A stretch of DNA of 58,104 nucleotides, from NCBI GenBank assembly GCA_031416315.1, contig JANOTL010000067.1, positions 1-58,104 of the forward strand. The letters are read 5' to 3'. The notes under the pieces are model-generated. The model saw nothing but the letters and a program-made list of their open reading frames with translations, made no database searches and was not told the DNA's origin. This DNA is from Pseudomonadota bacterium. Lineage in GTDB: Bacteria > Bdellovibrionota_B > Oligoflexia > Oligoflexales > CAIYRB01. This document shows, piece by piece, positions 10,320-17,912 of the stretch. A program made the position numbers and the translations under genes. Numbering within the stretch: the first letter of the stretch is position 1; the number at the start of each line of letters is the position of its first letter.

Positions 10320-11135
10320 TTGGGTCAAATCAGCAAACGCCTCAAAAGCTTACGTTGGATCACTGCGACCTTCGCCTTGGCCTGGTTGGCTTTGCGGATC
10401 GTGGGCCACGTACGCGGCCTGGATTGGGCTTCTCCGGACAGCCTCGCCCCGCAGGGCTTGACCCTCGCAGGGTCCGCCACCTTGGCCTTTGGCGCCTGGG
10501 GGCAGGTCTTCGGCACCTGGCGCAACCGCCGCCGTCGGGCCGTCCTTTTGGCCTTGGGGATGAGCTGTGGATTTCTCGGCGACGGCGCCCTATCGCAGCT
10601 CGTCATCAGCGGCGAGGCCTCGCTCGTCGCCGGGCTCGTCGCCTTCGGCTTGGGACACGTGGCCTACATCGGGGCGCTTTGGCCGGCGACACGCGATCCA
10701 AGACGGCATTTTCGCCTGATCCTCGCGCTCGTCGCCGCGCTCGCGCTCGCGGGCGTCAGTTGGTACCACGTCGTCTATCGGTCGGAGCTGCCGCTCGGGC
10801 CGCTCGCTTGGCTCGTTTTGACGTATGCGGTGCTGCTGGCGAGCCTCGCGGGACTCGCTGTGGGCGTTGCGATCAGCGATCGCCGTTTCGTGCCGAAGGC
10901 GGCAGGCGCGCTGCTTTTCCTCGTCAGCGATCTCTGGATCGGGCTCACGCTGTTCAACCCGGAGCTCGGCCGCTTTCTGCACGGCGAGTTCGGGATGGAC
11001 GTCGTCTGGCTCACCTACGGGCCGGCACAGTTCCTGATCGTCTACGGGCCGAACATCCAGCTCAGTTCGCGCCGAGCTCGCGAGACCGGGCGCGAGCCAG
11101 CGAACGAGGGTGAATCCTCGAGGTCGAGCTCGTAA
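10320..11135 (+). CDS. YhhN/TMEM86 family membrane protein (lysoplasmalogenase-like)
   Basis: Multi-TM; LGD..L, GLVAFGLGHVAY, GALLFLVSD, WLTY..AQ motifs. Confidence 0.8.
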   Translation: MGQISKRLKSLRWITATFALAWLALRIVGHVRGLDWASPDSLAPQGLTLAGSATLAFGAWGQVFGTWRNRRRRAVLLALGMSCGFLGDGALSQLVISGEASLVAGLVAFGLGHVAYIGALWPATRDPRRHFRLILALVAALALAGVSWYHVVYRSELPLGPLAWLVLTYAVLLASLAGLAVGVAISDRRFVPKAAGALLFLVSDLWIGLTLFNPELGRFLHGEFGMDVVWLTYGPAQFLIVYGPNIQLSSRRARETGREPANEGESSRSSS

Positions 11136-11171
11136 TCGGGACGGCGGCCAAAATCATCGCCAGGACGACGC

Positions 11172-12722
11172 TCACAAGCCACACCGATACGCGTACTCAC
11201 CCGTGATCGCGCATTTCACGTCCGGCAAGGCGCCGTCCTGATTCTTCGACAAGAAGTTGCTCTTGGACACTTGGCCGGTCGTATAGAAGCGAAATATCTC
11301 CTGATACAAGGTGCGCCAATAGCGATTCCAGGCGTTGCCCGAGGCCGGGTTGGCGTCGTCGCCGCGGTAATTCTCGGGGTCGGTGATCGCGTGCCCGACG
11401 TTGTGCGATTCCTTCGGGTATTGCGCCCACTGATGGAAGCCGGCGAGCGGGCCGGCGCTGATCGCTTCGAAGAGCGCCCTTTGCGCGGCGTTGTCGGCGG
11501 AGACCTCCGCATCCGTGGTGAAGAAGGCGGTCGGCACGACGGCGAGCCGCTTCACGCGCTCGGGCTTGCCGACCCAGCTGCCAAGGGCGGCGGTCGCGGC
11601 GATGGAAGCAGGGGAGAACTCGACCTGGTGATTCTCCCAGGAGATCGGGAACTGGCCGCCGAAAGATTTCACCTTGTCGTCGAGCGGGCCGGCGACCATG
11701 ACCTGCAGCTGCGTTTGGTTGCTGACTGACTTCAACCACGCCGACTGCGCGACGACGCCGCGGATGCGCTTGCCGCCGTCCTGCTCCGCGAGGCCTAAGG
11801 CAATGGCGCCGCCGACCGAGAGGCCGGAGACGAAGACCGCGCCCGGCATCTCGTCGAGATCGGCGAGGCGAGACTCGGCGTCGCGGATGAAGGTGAGGAA
11901 ATCTGGCGGCGTGCCTTCGGCGCCGAAGTTGAAGATCTTCTGGAACTCGGGGCCGCCCGGATCCTTCCAGGCTTGGAGGATCAAGTCTGTGGAGAGCTCG
12001 GGCCCGAGCACCTCGTTGATCGCCTGCATCTCCTCGGGACCGAGCTGGCCGATCTCGAGCTTCGGCTTGATGATCGCAATCTTCGCCTGGTTGGCCGGGT
12101 TCGCTGCCTTCTGCGCCGCGAGCGCCAGGATGTCGGGCTTGTAGACCGTCTTCGGCCAGTACTCGGTGCCGGGCACGCGCCAGTGGTCGACGAGGAACGA
12201 GTTGTAGACGTTGAAGCCGTTATGGAAGAGGTACGAGCCGAGCGCCGCCTGCTGCTGCGGCCGGTCGTTGAAGCCGTGGAAGAGGATGACCGTGCCGTAG
12301 ATCTCGCGGCCGGCCGGATGAAAAAGACAATACGGCTCGGGCGTGCCGCCGGAGCTGCGATAGATCTCGCTGCGGCGTTGCTGCGAGCCGACGGGCGCGA
12401 GCTCGTTGATGCGGTCGATGTATCGGCTGATGCGACGCATCGTCTCGTCGAGCTGCGCCTGCGTCGGCTTCACCGTCTTCACCGGGTCGGGGGCCAGGCC
12501 CGTGGCGGTCACGACGCGGCGCGACACCTTGTCGGCCGAGGCCGGCAGGAACGACGTGTAGCCGTCGCCCGCAATCGGGCTCTCGTGGACGCACGGACGG
12601 GAGATGCCGGCGGCGATCCCATCGCCCGCGGCGCGAAGACCGGCCTGCTGGGAATTCGGCGTGCGGCAGGCGGACGCGAAAGTGGCTAAGACGACGGCTG
12701 TCGCAGCGACGGTCGAGCGCAT
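11172..12722 (-). CDS. Alpha/beta-hydrolase lipoprotein (esterase/lipase-like)
   Basis: Lipobox ASAC; FHGFN oxyanion loop; nucleophile elbow GLSVGG; late VGHA His. Confidence 0.8.
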   Translation of the reverse strand: MRSTVAATAVVLATFASACRTPNSQQAGLRAAGDGIAAGISRPCVHESPIAGDGYTSFLPASADKVSRRVVTATGLAPDPVKTVKPTQAQLDETMRRISRYIDRINELAPVGSQQRRSEIYRSSGGTPEPYCLFHPAGREIYGTVILFHGFNDRPQQQAALGSYLFHNGFNVYNSFLVDHWRVPGTEYWPKTVYKPDILALAAQKAANPANQAKIAIIKPKLEIGQLGPEEMQAINEVLGPELSTDLILQAWKDPGGPEFQKIFNFGAEGTPPDFLTFIRDAESRLADLDEMPGAVFVSGLSVGGAIALGLAEQDGGKRIRGVVAQSAWLKSVSNQTQLQVMVAGPLDDKVKSFGGQFPISWENHQVEFSPASIAATAALGSWVGKPERVKRLAVVPTAFFTTDAEVSADNAAQRALFEAISAGPLAGFHQWAQYPKESHNVGHAITDPENYRGDDANPASGNAWNRYWRTLYQEIFRFYTTGQVSKSNFLSKNQDGALPDVKCAITGEYAYRCGL

Positions 12723-12748
12723 GGGAAACCCCGGACGGCATAGAGATG

Positions 12749-12771
12749 ACTGTGAAATAGAGTTTCACAGT
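12749..12771. promoter_or_regulatory. Perfect palindromic operator-like site
   Basis: ACTGTGAAA-N5-TTTCACAGT, 26 nt upstream of the hydrolase start. Confidence 0.55.
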
Positions 12772-12798
12772 ATCTTAAGGCAAGCCCGGGGTCGCCGC

Positions 12799-13380
12799 TC
12801 ACTTCTTGTATTTGACCGAGCACCCATAAGGCTTCGTTTCGGTCTTCTCGGGAGCCTTGCCCGCGAGAAGCGCCGACACGGCGGCGTCGACGTAGTTGAT
12901 CCGCTTCGGGTTTTCGTTGCCCGGATCGTCATCGATCGCGCCGGCGTATGCGAGCTTACCGTCTTTGTCGACGACGTACATGTGCGGCGTCGTCTGCGCT
13001 TCGTAGGCCTTGCCGACCGTGCCTTCGGGATCCATCAGAGTGGGGAAGGAGATCGCGTTCTTGGACTTCCAGGAGTTGGTGTCCTCCGGCTTGTTGGAGG
13101 AGGTCGAGTTCACCGCGAGCCAGACCACGTCTTTGCCCCCGAGCTTGGCGGCAAGGTCGGTCATCGTCTTGCGCTCATAGTGGCCCACGACCCAAGGACA
13201 GCCTTGATTGGTCCATTCCAGGACGACGACCTTGCCTTTGTAGGCCGCAAGCGAGTGCTCCTTGCCGGCCTCGTCCTTCAGCGAGAAGGCGGGCGCGGGT
13301 GCGCCGATCTTCGGCGCCGCAAAGACCGCGGACGAGAGCGAAAGCGCGACTACGGAAGTGAACACCGAACGAGCGAGCAT
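12799..13380 (-). CDS. Exported redoxin (AhpC/TSA, thioredoxin fold)
   Basis: APAFSL..GKVVVLEWTNQGCPWV..TTPHMYV..YAGAIDD..YGCSVKY; the longer ORF overlaps the upstream gene. Confidence 0.9.
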   Translation of the reverse strand: MLARSVFTSVVALSLSSAVFAAPKIGAPAPAFSLKDEAGKEHSLAAYKGKVVVLEWTNQGCPWVVGHYERKTMTDLAAKLGGKDVVWLAVNSTSSNKPEDTNSWKSKNAISFPTLMDPEGTVGKAYEAQTTPHMYVVDKDGKLAYAGAIDDDPGNENPKRINYVDAAVSALLAGKAPEKTETKPYGCSVKYKK

Positions 13381-13427
13381 CACGGATGCCTCCATGGAAA
13401 CGAGAGGGGAGGTACCGCTCGACTGTA

Positions 13428-14759
13428 TCAGTTGCAGGCTGATTCCGAAGCGAACCACGAATTCACCGCTTCGGCCGTCGGCGCGGCGCGCTTGCCGCCG
13501 CCGTGCTGGATCGCGCCGGAGAGCTTGCCGAGGAGCTTTGTCGCGGTGCTGCCGGTGGCGTTGCGCAAGGCCGCGCGGCTTTGCTCCGAGGAATTGGGGG
13601 TGAAGCTGAGGCCGCCGGCGCCGCCATGACAGCCGAGGCAGACGCGGTCCGTCGTCGGAGCCATGAGAATGAGGTAAGCCTCGTCGGCCCGACGCTCGCA
13701 GCTCGGCGGGGGAACGGAGCCGCAGGATACGGTTACGGCGCGCTCCACGACGGCGCTTTCGTATCCCGACGCGTCGCGCACCTTCAGGAAGATCTTGGTC
13801 TCCGGCTCGCAGGCGTCGAAGTCGAGATCGGCGGCGGCGTCCAGCGTTTGCCACGTGGCCCCTTTGAAGCTCTGGCGATCAGAGATCATCATCTCCTTCG
13901 CGTAGGAAGCGGCCGCGATGGTGGTGAGAGACGCGGCGAGAGCGGAAGCCGCCGGCGTGAGTTGCACGGCGAAGCTGGTCGTCGCGGCGGGGAAAAGATC
14001 GACGGTGAACTGCGCGGACCAGGCGCGACTCTCGTTTTTGTCCTCGTCGCGAAAGACGACGGTGGCGACGGCAGGGCCGCCGGTCTTCGCATCGTAGACG
14101 GCGGTCGCTGCGGCGGCCTGCCAGACGGCGTCGGCGGCGCCTTCAAAGCCGTAGATCTTCATTTCGGTCGCGCGCGGCGGCACCGTCAGCGAAAGCTGCA
14201 CCTCGGGCGACGTGACGGTCGACGCGCCCCCGACCAGCGCGACGGCGCCGGAGCTTTCGGGAAAAGGCGCGATGTCGATGCCGGCTGAGTACACGGCGGA
14301 GATCTTGCCGCCATCGAGCTTGAGCTTCACGTACAGAACGCGCATCCCGAGCGCGGAGAACTTGTAAACATGAGTCTTTTGGAAAGGCTGCCAAGCCGTC
14401 CCGAGAAAGAGGTTCGACTCCGCGACCAACATCTCGCGTGCGCCTTCGGGAGCGTTCAGGGTTACGGTGAGGGAGCGCGAGACGGAGACGCCCGAGCCGT
14501 CGCCGAGGACGAGGGTGGCGGAAGGGTCGGGGAGGGCCGGGGTGACGGCGGGGGCGCAATCGGCGGCGGCGGCGACGCAGTCCGTTCCGACGGCACTCGT
14601 TGCGCCGGTTGCGCCGGTTGCGCCGGTTGCGCCGGTAGCACCGGTCGGCTGCGCGCGCGCCGCCTTCTCCGCCGCCTTCTTCTCGTCCTCGCTCCCACAG
14701 CCGAACCCGCCGACGCAAAGCGTCAGCAGCGTGGCCAGGATTTTTGATCGAGCCTCCAT
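13428..14759 (-). CDS. Lipoprotein with GAT repeat, repeated beta-sandwich modules and C-terminal c-type heme domain
   Basis: GFGC lipobox; GAT x5; three EM(L/K/M)..W modules; CLGCH and HGGG. Confidence 0.75.
   Translation of the reverse strand: MEARSKILATLLTLCVGGFGCGSEDEKKAAEKAARAQPTGATGATGATGATGATSAVGTDCVAAAADCAPAVTPALPDPSATLVLGDGSGVSVSRSLTVTLNAPEGAREMLVAESNLFLGTAWQPFQKTHVYKFSALGMRVLYVKLKLDGGKISAVYSAGIDIAPFPESSGAVALVGGASTVTSPEVQLSLTVPPRATEMKIYGFEGAADAVWQAAAATAVYDAKTGGPAVATVVFRDEDKNESRAWSAQFTVDLFPAATTSFAVQLTPAASALAASLTTIAAASYAKEMMISDRQSFKGATWQTLDAAADLDFDACEPETKIFLKVRDASGYESAVVERAVTVSCGSVPPPSCERRADEAYLILMAPTTDRVCLGCHGGAGGLSFTPNSSEQSRAALRNATGSTATKLLGKLSGAIQHGGGKRAAPTAEAVNSWFASESACN
14598..14642 (-). 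repeat. Collagen-like Gly-Ala-Thr x5 coding repeat
   Basis: 9-nt unit tgcgccggt. Confidence 0.85.
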
Positions 14760-14816
14760 GGTGCCTCCTCAGGCGGGAGGCTCATCGGCCAAAAGCCGAA
14801 AGCAGCCAAGGCAAAA

Positions 14817-15815
14817 TCACAAGTCTCTGATCTTACCAGAGATTTCTCCTTGACCGAAGGTCACGACGCGCAGCTTCCCCGGCTCCCGGTGGCGTGCGTG
14901 CACTTGTGCCGAGCCCGGCGGCGCCTGGGCTGCGAACGCCGCGTCGACGTCGAAGCTGCGCGGGCCGACTCCGTGAATCAGCTGTCGCGAGGGCACGAGC
15001 GCCAGGCGCTCCGGCGCTGGCATCGAAGAGAGGCCGCCGTGCGAGACGAGGATGCGCGCTCCGGCCCACCGCACGATCACTGCTTCAGTCAGCTTCGACT
15101 CCAGCGGCGTTCCGGCAAGCTCCATCCGCGAGCGCCGCCCCTCGCAGAAGATCACGTTCGGCCGCGATGCCAGTTCATTTAGCCGCGGCGTGATCTGGCC
15201 GTAATCGCCGGTGAAGACGCAAAGCTCGTCGTCGACGTCTTCGAGCGCCGCGAGCGCGCCTTCGCAGCCGGCCAGGTCGCCGATCACATGCAAAGCGCGA
15301 TACTTGCCGCCGTCGATCATGGGATCCGGGCATACGGTAAAGACATCCGCGCGCGGGATCTCGGTGATCCATGACGGCGTCACGAACTCCGCGAGGCGTG
15401 CGTGCATGTCGTGCAACACGTGCTCGGGCACGTACCTGAGCGGTGGCCGTGCCTCGTTGCGCCGCACGCATTCTTCGAGCGGCACGTCGCGCCAACTGAG
15501 GAGGAACGTTTGATACCGGTGCCGCTGCGCCATTGCGACATACTGCTCTACTTCTCGCACGCGCGTGTGCGTCGCGTCGACGATCGTCAGGTCGCCGAAC
15601 GCCAGTCGCTCGCCGACCATCGTCAGCACCGTCCGCCAAACGATGTCGTCGGAGCTGATCGCGATCGACGGCAGCCCGCGCCGCCCCATCTCCGGCCCGC
15701 GGAACAGGAGGCGCACCGAATCCGGGCAGACGGTCCAGGGCGCAAGACCCGCCTGCTCGAGATAGGTCGACTTGCCGCTGCCGGGAATTCCTTGCAGCAG
15801 AAATAGGTAACGCAT
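14817..15815 (-). CDS. Polynucleotide-kinase-like P-loop (AAA_33) fused to a degenerate metallophosphoesterase
   Basis: GIPGSGKST, DSVR, IVDATH, RN..R; remnants HVIGDLAGC, FTGDY, CEGRR, SHGG. Confidence 0.75.
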   Translation of the reverse strand: MRYLFLLQGIPGSGKSTYLEQAGLAPWTVCPDSVRLLFRGPEMGRRGLPSIAISSDDIVWRTVLTMVGERLAFGDLTIVDATHTRVREVEQYVAMAQRHRYQTFLLSWRDVPLEECVRRNEARPPLRYVPEHVLHDMHARLAEFVTPSWITEIPRADVFTVCPDPMIDGGKYRALHVIGDLAGCEGALAALEDVDDELCVFTGDYGQITPRLNELASRPNVIFCEGRRSRMELAGTPLESKLTEAVIVRWAGARILVSHGGLSSMPAPERLALVPSRQLIHGVGPRSFDVDAAFAAQAPPGSAQVHARHREPGKLRVVTFGQGEISGKIRDL

Positions 15816-15903
15816 CGCCCCAGCTTGTTCAGAGCGTAGGCGGTAGTCAAACCCAAAGCGTGCCGCGAGCGCAGGTCTTGCTTACAAAACAGGCACTTAC
15901 ATC

Positions 15904-15919
15904 TGGCACGTCCCGTGCT
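15904..15919 (+). promoter_or_regulatory. Sigma54 -24/-12 promoter
   Basis: TGGCACGTCCCGTGCT, 22 nt upstream of ATG 15942. Confidence 0.65.
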
Positions 15920-15941
15920 CATCAGCGCGCGGAGGCTCTGC

Positions 15942-16442
15942 ATGCTGAAGCTCTCGATCGCCATCTTCTTTCTCGTGTTCGCCGGTCTCGTCCTTCCCGG
16001 TCGTGCCGTCGCCGCCCCCGCCGATTTCAAAGGCAAGCTCCTCGAAGAAATCAACCGCGTACGCCTCGCCGGCACCGTCTGCGGCGGCAAGCGCATGCCC
16101 TCCGTCTCGCCGCTCTCGATCGACGACAAGCTGCAGAATGCGGCGCAACGGCATGCCGACGACATGAAGGCCCGCAAATACGTCTCGCACGAATCGCCCG
16201 ACAAGACCGGCCCCTTCGACCGCATGCTGAACGCCGGCTACACCTACAAGATCGCCGGCGAGAACGTCACCGCCGGCGTCGCCGAGCCGATCAAGGTCGT
16301 CGCCACCTGGCTCCGCTCCGTGGCCAGCTGCCAAACGCTGATGAACGCGAAGTTCCGCGACGCGGGCTTGGGTCTCACCGTCGACAAGCGCTCGCACTTC
16401 CGCGTCTTCTGGGTCGTGGATTTCGGGAAGAAGGACTACTGA
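15942..16442 (+). CDS. Secreted CAP (SCP/YkwD) domain protein
   Basis: INRVR..CG..PL..L..AAQRHADDM..SH..GENV..W; GGAGG SD. Confidence 0.9.
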   Translation: MLKLSIAIFFLVFAGLVLPGRAVAAPADFKGKLLEEINRVRLAGTVCGGKRMPSVSPLSIDDKLQNAAQRHADDMKARKYVSHESPDKTGPFDRMLNAGYTYKIAGENVTAGVAEPIKVVATWLRSVASCQTLMNAKFRDAGLGLTVDKRSHFRVFWVVDFGKKDY

Positions 16443-17035
16443 TCGGACGGGTCCGAGAGCGCGTAAGCCAGTCGCGTGATCGCCGCCATTAGGGCGCGAT
16501 TGATCGGCAACAGCTCGCTCGCGCCGTCGGCCAGCTCGAGCACTGCGCTGTCGTAGGCGCGGTACTCCGGCCCGGTGAGCGCGCCGCTCGCCATCGCGGC
16601 GTCGGCGCGCCTAAACGCCTCGGGCTGATCGGCGCGCATCGTCGGGCAGCTCGCGATGCCCGGCTCGCCGTATTTGTCGCGGGTCATTGCGTAGCCGAAG
16701 AGACGGCAAACGCCCGGTCGCACTTCATAGTGTTGGCAAGCGCCCCGCTCGCCGCCACCGACGTGCGCCTGAAACAAGACGCAGGGCCCGTCGGGACTCG
16801 CGTCCGCGGCCGCGAAAATCGCCTCCGCCTCGCCGGAGCGCAGGAACTTCTGCGCCGCTGGCTGCATCTCGACGACGCGCGCGTGCACACCCGGCGCAGC
16901 GCAGCAGCGCCCGCATCCCGCGCGACAGCTGAGACCCGCGTCGGCGCCAAAGCGCTCCGCAGCTTTGGCCGTCGCGACCAACACGGTTGCGATCCGCTCG
17001 GTCGCGATTTCCGTGTGCGAAGGGGAGAGATTCAT
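16436..17035 (-). CDS. YkgJ family cysteine-cluster protein
   Basis: CRAGCGRCC...CVLF...C.HYEVRPGVCRLFG. Confidence 0.9.
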   Translation of the reverse strand: MNLSPSHTEIATERIATVLVATAKAAERFGADAGLSCRAGCGRCCAAPGVHARVVEMQPAAQKFLRSGEAEAIFAAADASPDGPCVLFQAHVGGGERGACQHYEVRPGVCRLFGYAMTRDKYGEPGIASCPTMRADQPEAFRRADAAMASGALTGPEYRAYDSAVLELADGASELLPINRALMAAITRLAYALSDPSDQ

Positions 17036-17048
17036 CCTCCGGAGCGTA

Positions 17049-17729
17049 TCACTGCGCGAAGATCTGCGTCGCCATCAAGGTGCGACGATCGGCGGAAAGG
17101 ACGATTCCGACTCCTGAAAGCCTGAAATTCCCGAGGAGATTGGCGCGGTGTCCCGAGGAGTTCAACCACATGTCGACGAGCTCCGCGGCCAGCTGCTCGG
17201 CCGTGAGCTTCTGCGTCCCGTAGGTCGTGCCGACGTTCTCACCCGCGATGAAGAAGCCCGCGTCACCGCCGAATTCGGCGCGGTAGGCAGCCTCGCGCGC
17301 CGTCGGAAAGCCGTCGTGCGAGATGACTCCCGTTGCGAGCTGCGTGCTCGACCAGGTCCGTGCGACCCACGCCAGGCCTTCATCGGTGACCAAGGCGGGC
17401 TTATCGCTCGCGGCGCGCCGATCGTTCACGAGTCGACTGATGTTGACCTCGATCTCGCAAGCGAAGGGCTCGCCCTTGTAGCAGCTGCCGAGCGCGGCGA
17501 CCGCGTCGGCGTCGGCGGGCGTCGCCGAGGCTTGCAACGTGGCGTCGGTCGCGACGAGCGCGTCACCGGGGCTCGCTGCGACGGGCGCGGGCGCCGCGGC
17601 CTGGCGCCGCGTGATTTCCGTGTCGGTGACGCTGGAGCCGCCGGCAAAGTCGGCGCCCTCAGGCTGGTCCGCGCCACAGCTGAAGATCGCGAAGACGAGG
17701 CAAAAAGCCGTAAGCCGCTCGACAATCAT
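17049..17729 (-). CDS. CAP domain lipoprotein
   Basis: IFSC lipobox; SHDGF, GENV, WLNSSGHRANLL, TQIF. Confidence 0.85.
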   Translation of the reverse strand: MIVERLTAFCLVFAIFSCGADQPEGADFAGGSSVTDTEITRRQAAAPAPVAASPGDALVATDATLQASATPADADAVAALGSCYKGEPFACEIEVNISRLVNDRRAASDKPALVTDEGLAWVARTWSSTQLATGVISHDGFPTAREAAYRAEFGGDAGFFIAGENVGTTYGTQKLTAEQLAAELVDMWLNSSGHRANLLGNFRLSGVGIVLSADRRTLMATQIFAQ

Positions 17730-17912
17730 CACGTTCTGCTCCTCTAGCGACCCGGGCAAAACCCCTCGGCCCCCGAACTAGAAGCGAAGTCGGCCGACCC
17801 AATGTGCCCCTGAAGCGATCCTGATTATCCCCGAGTGATCCGCCGGGTGCGTCCACGGTTCCCACCGCGGCACGAAGCCGGCACGGTTCGGCCCCGACGC
17901 CCGTCCGGTACC

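Noticed and set aside
10320..11135. Link between the YhhN lysoplasmalogenase-like gene and the acyl-reductase cluster (ether-lipid pathway)
   Set aside because: They are more than 40 kb apart with no shared sequence signal; speculation only
14782..14815. GCCGATGA sigma28-like -10 upstream of the 443-aa lipoprotein
   Set aside because: No matching -35 at the right spacing
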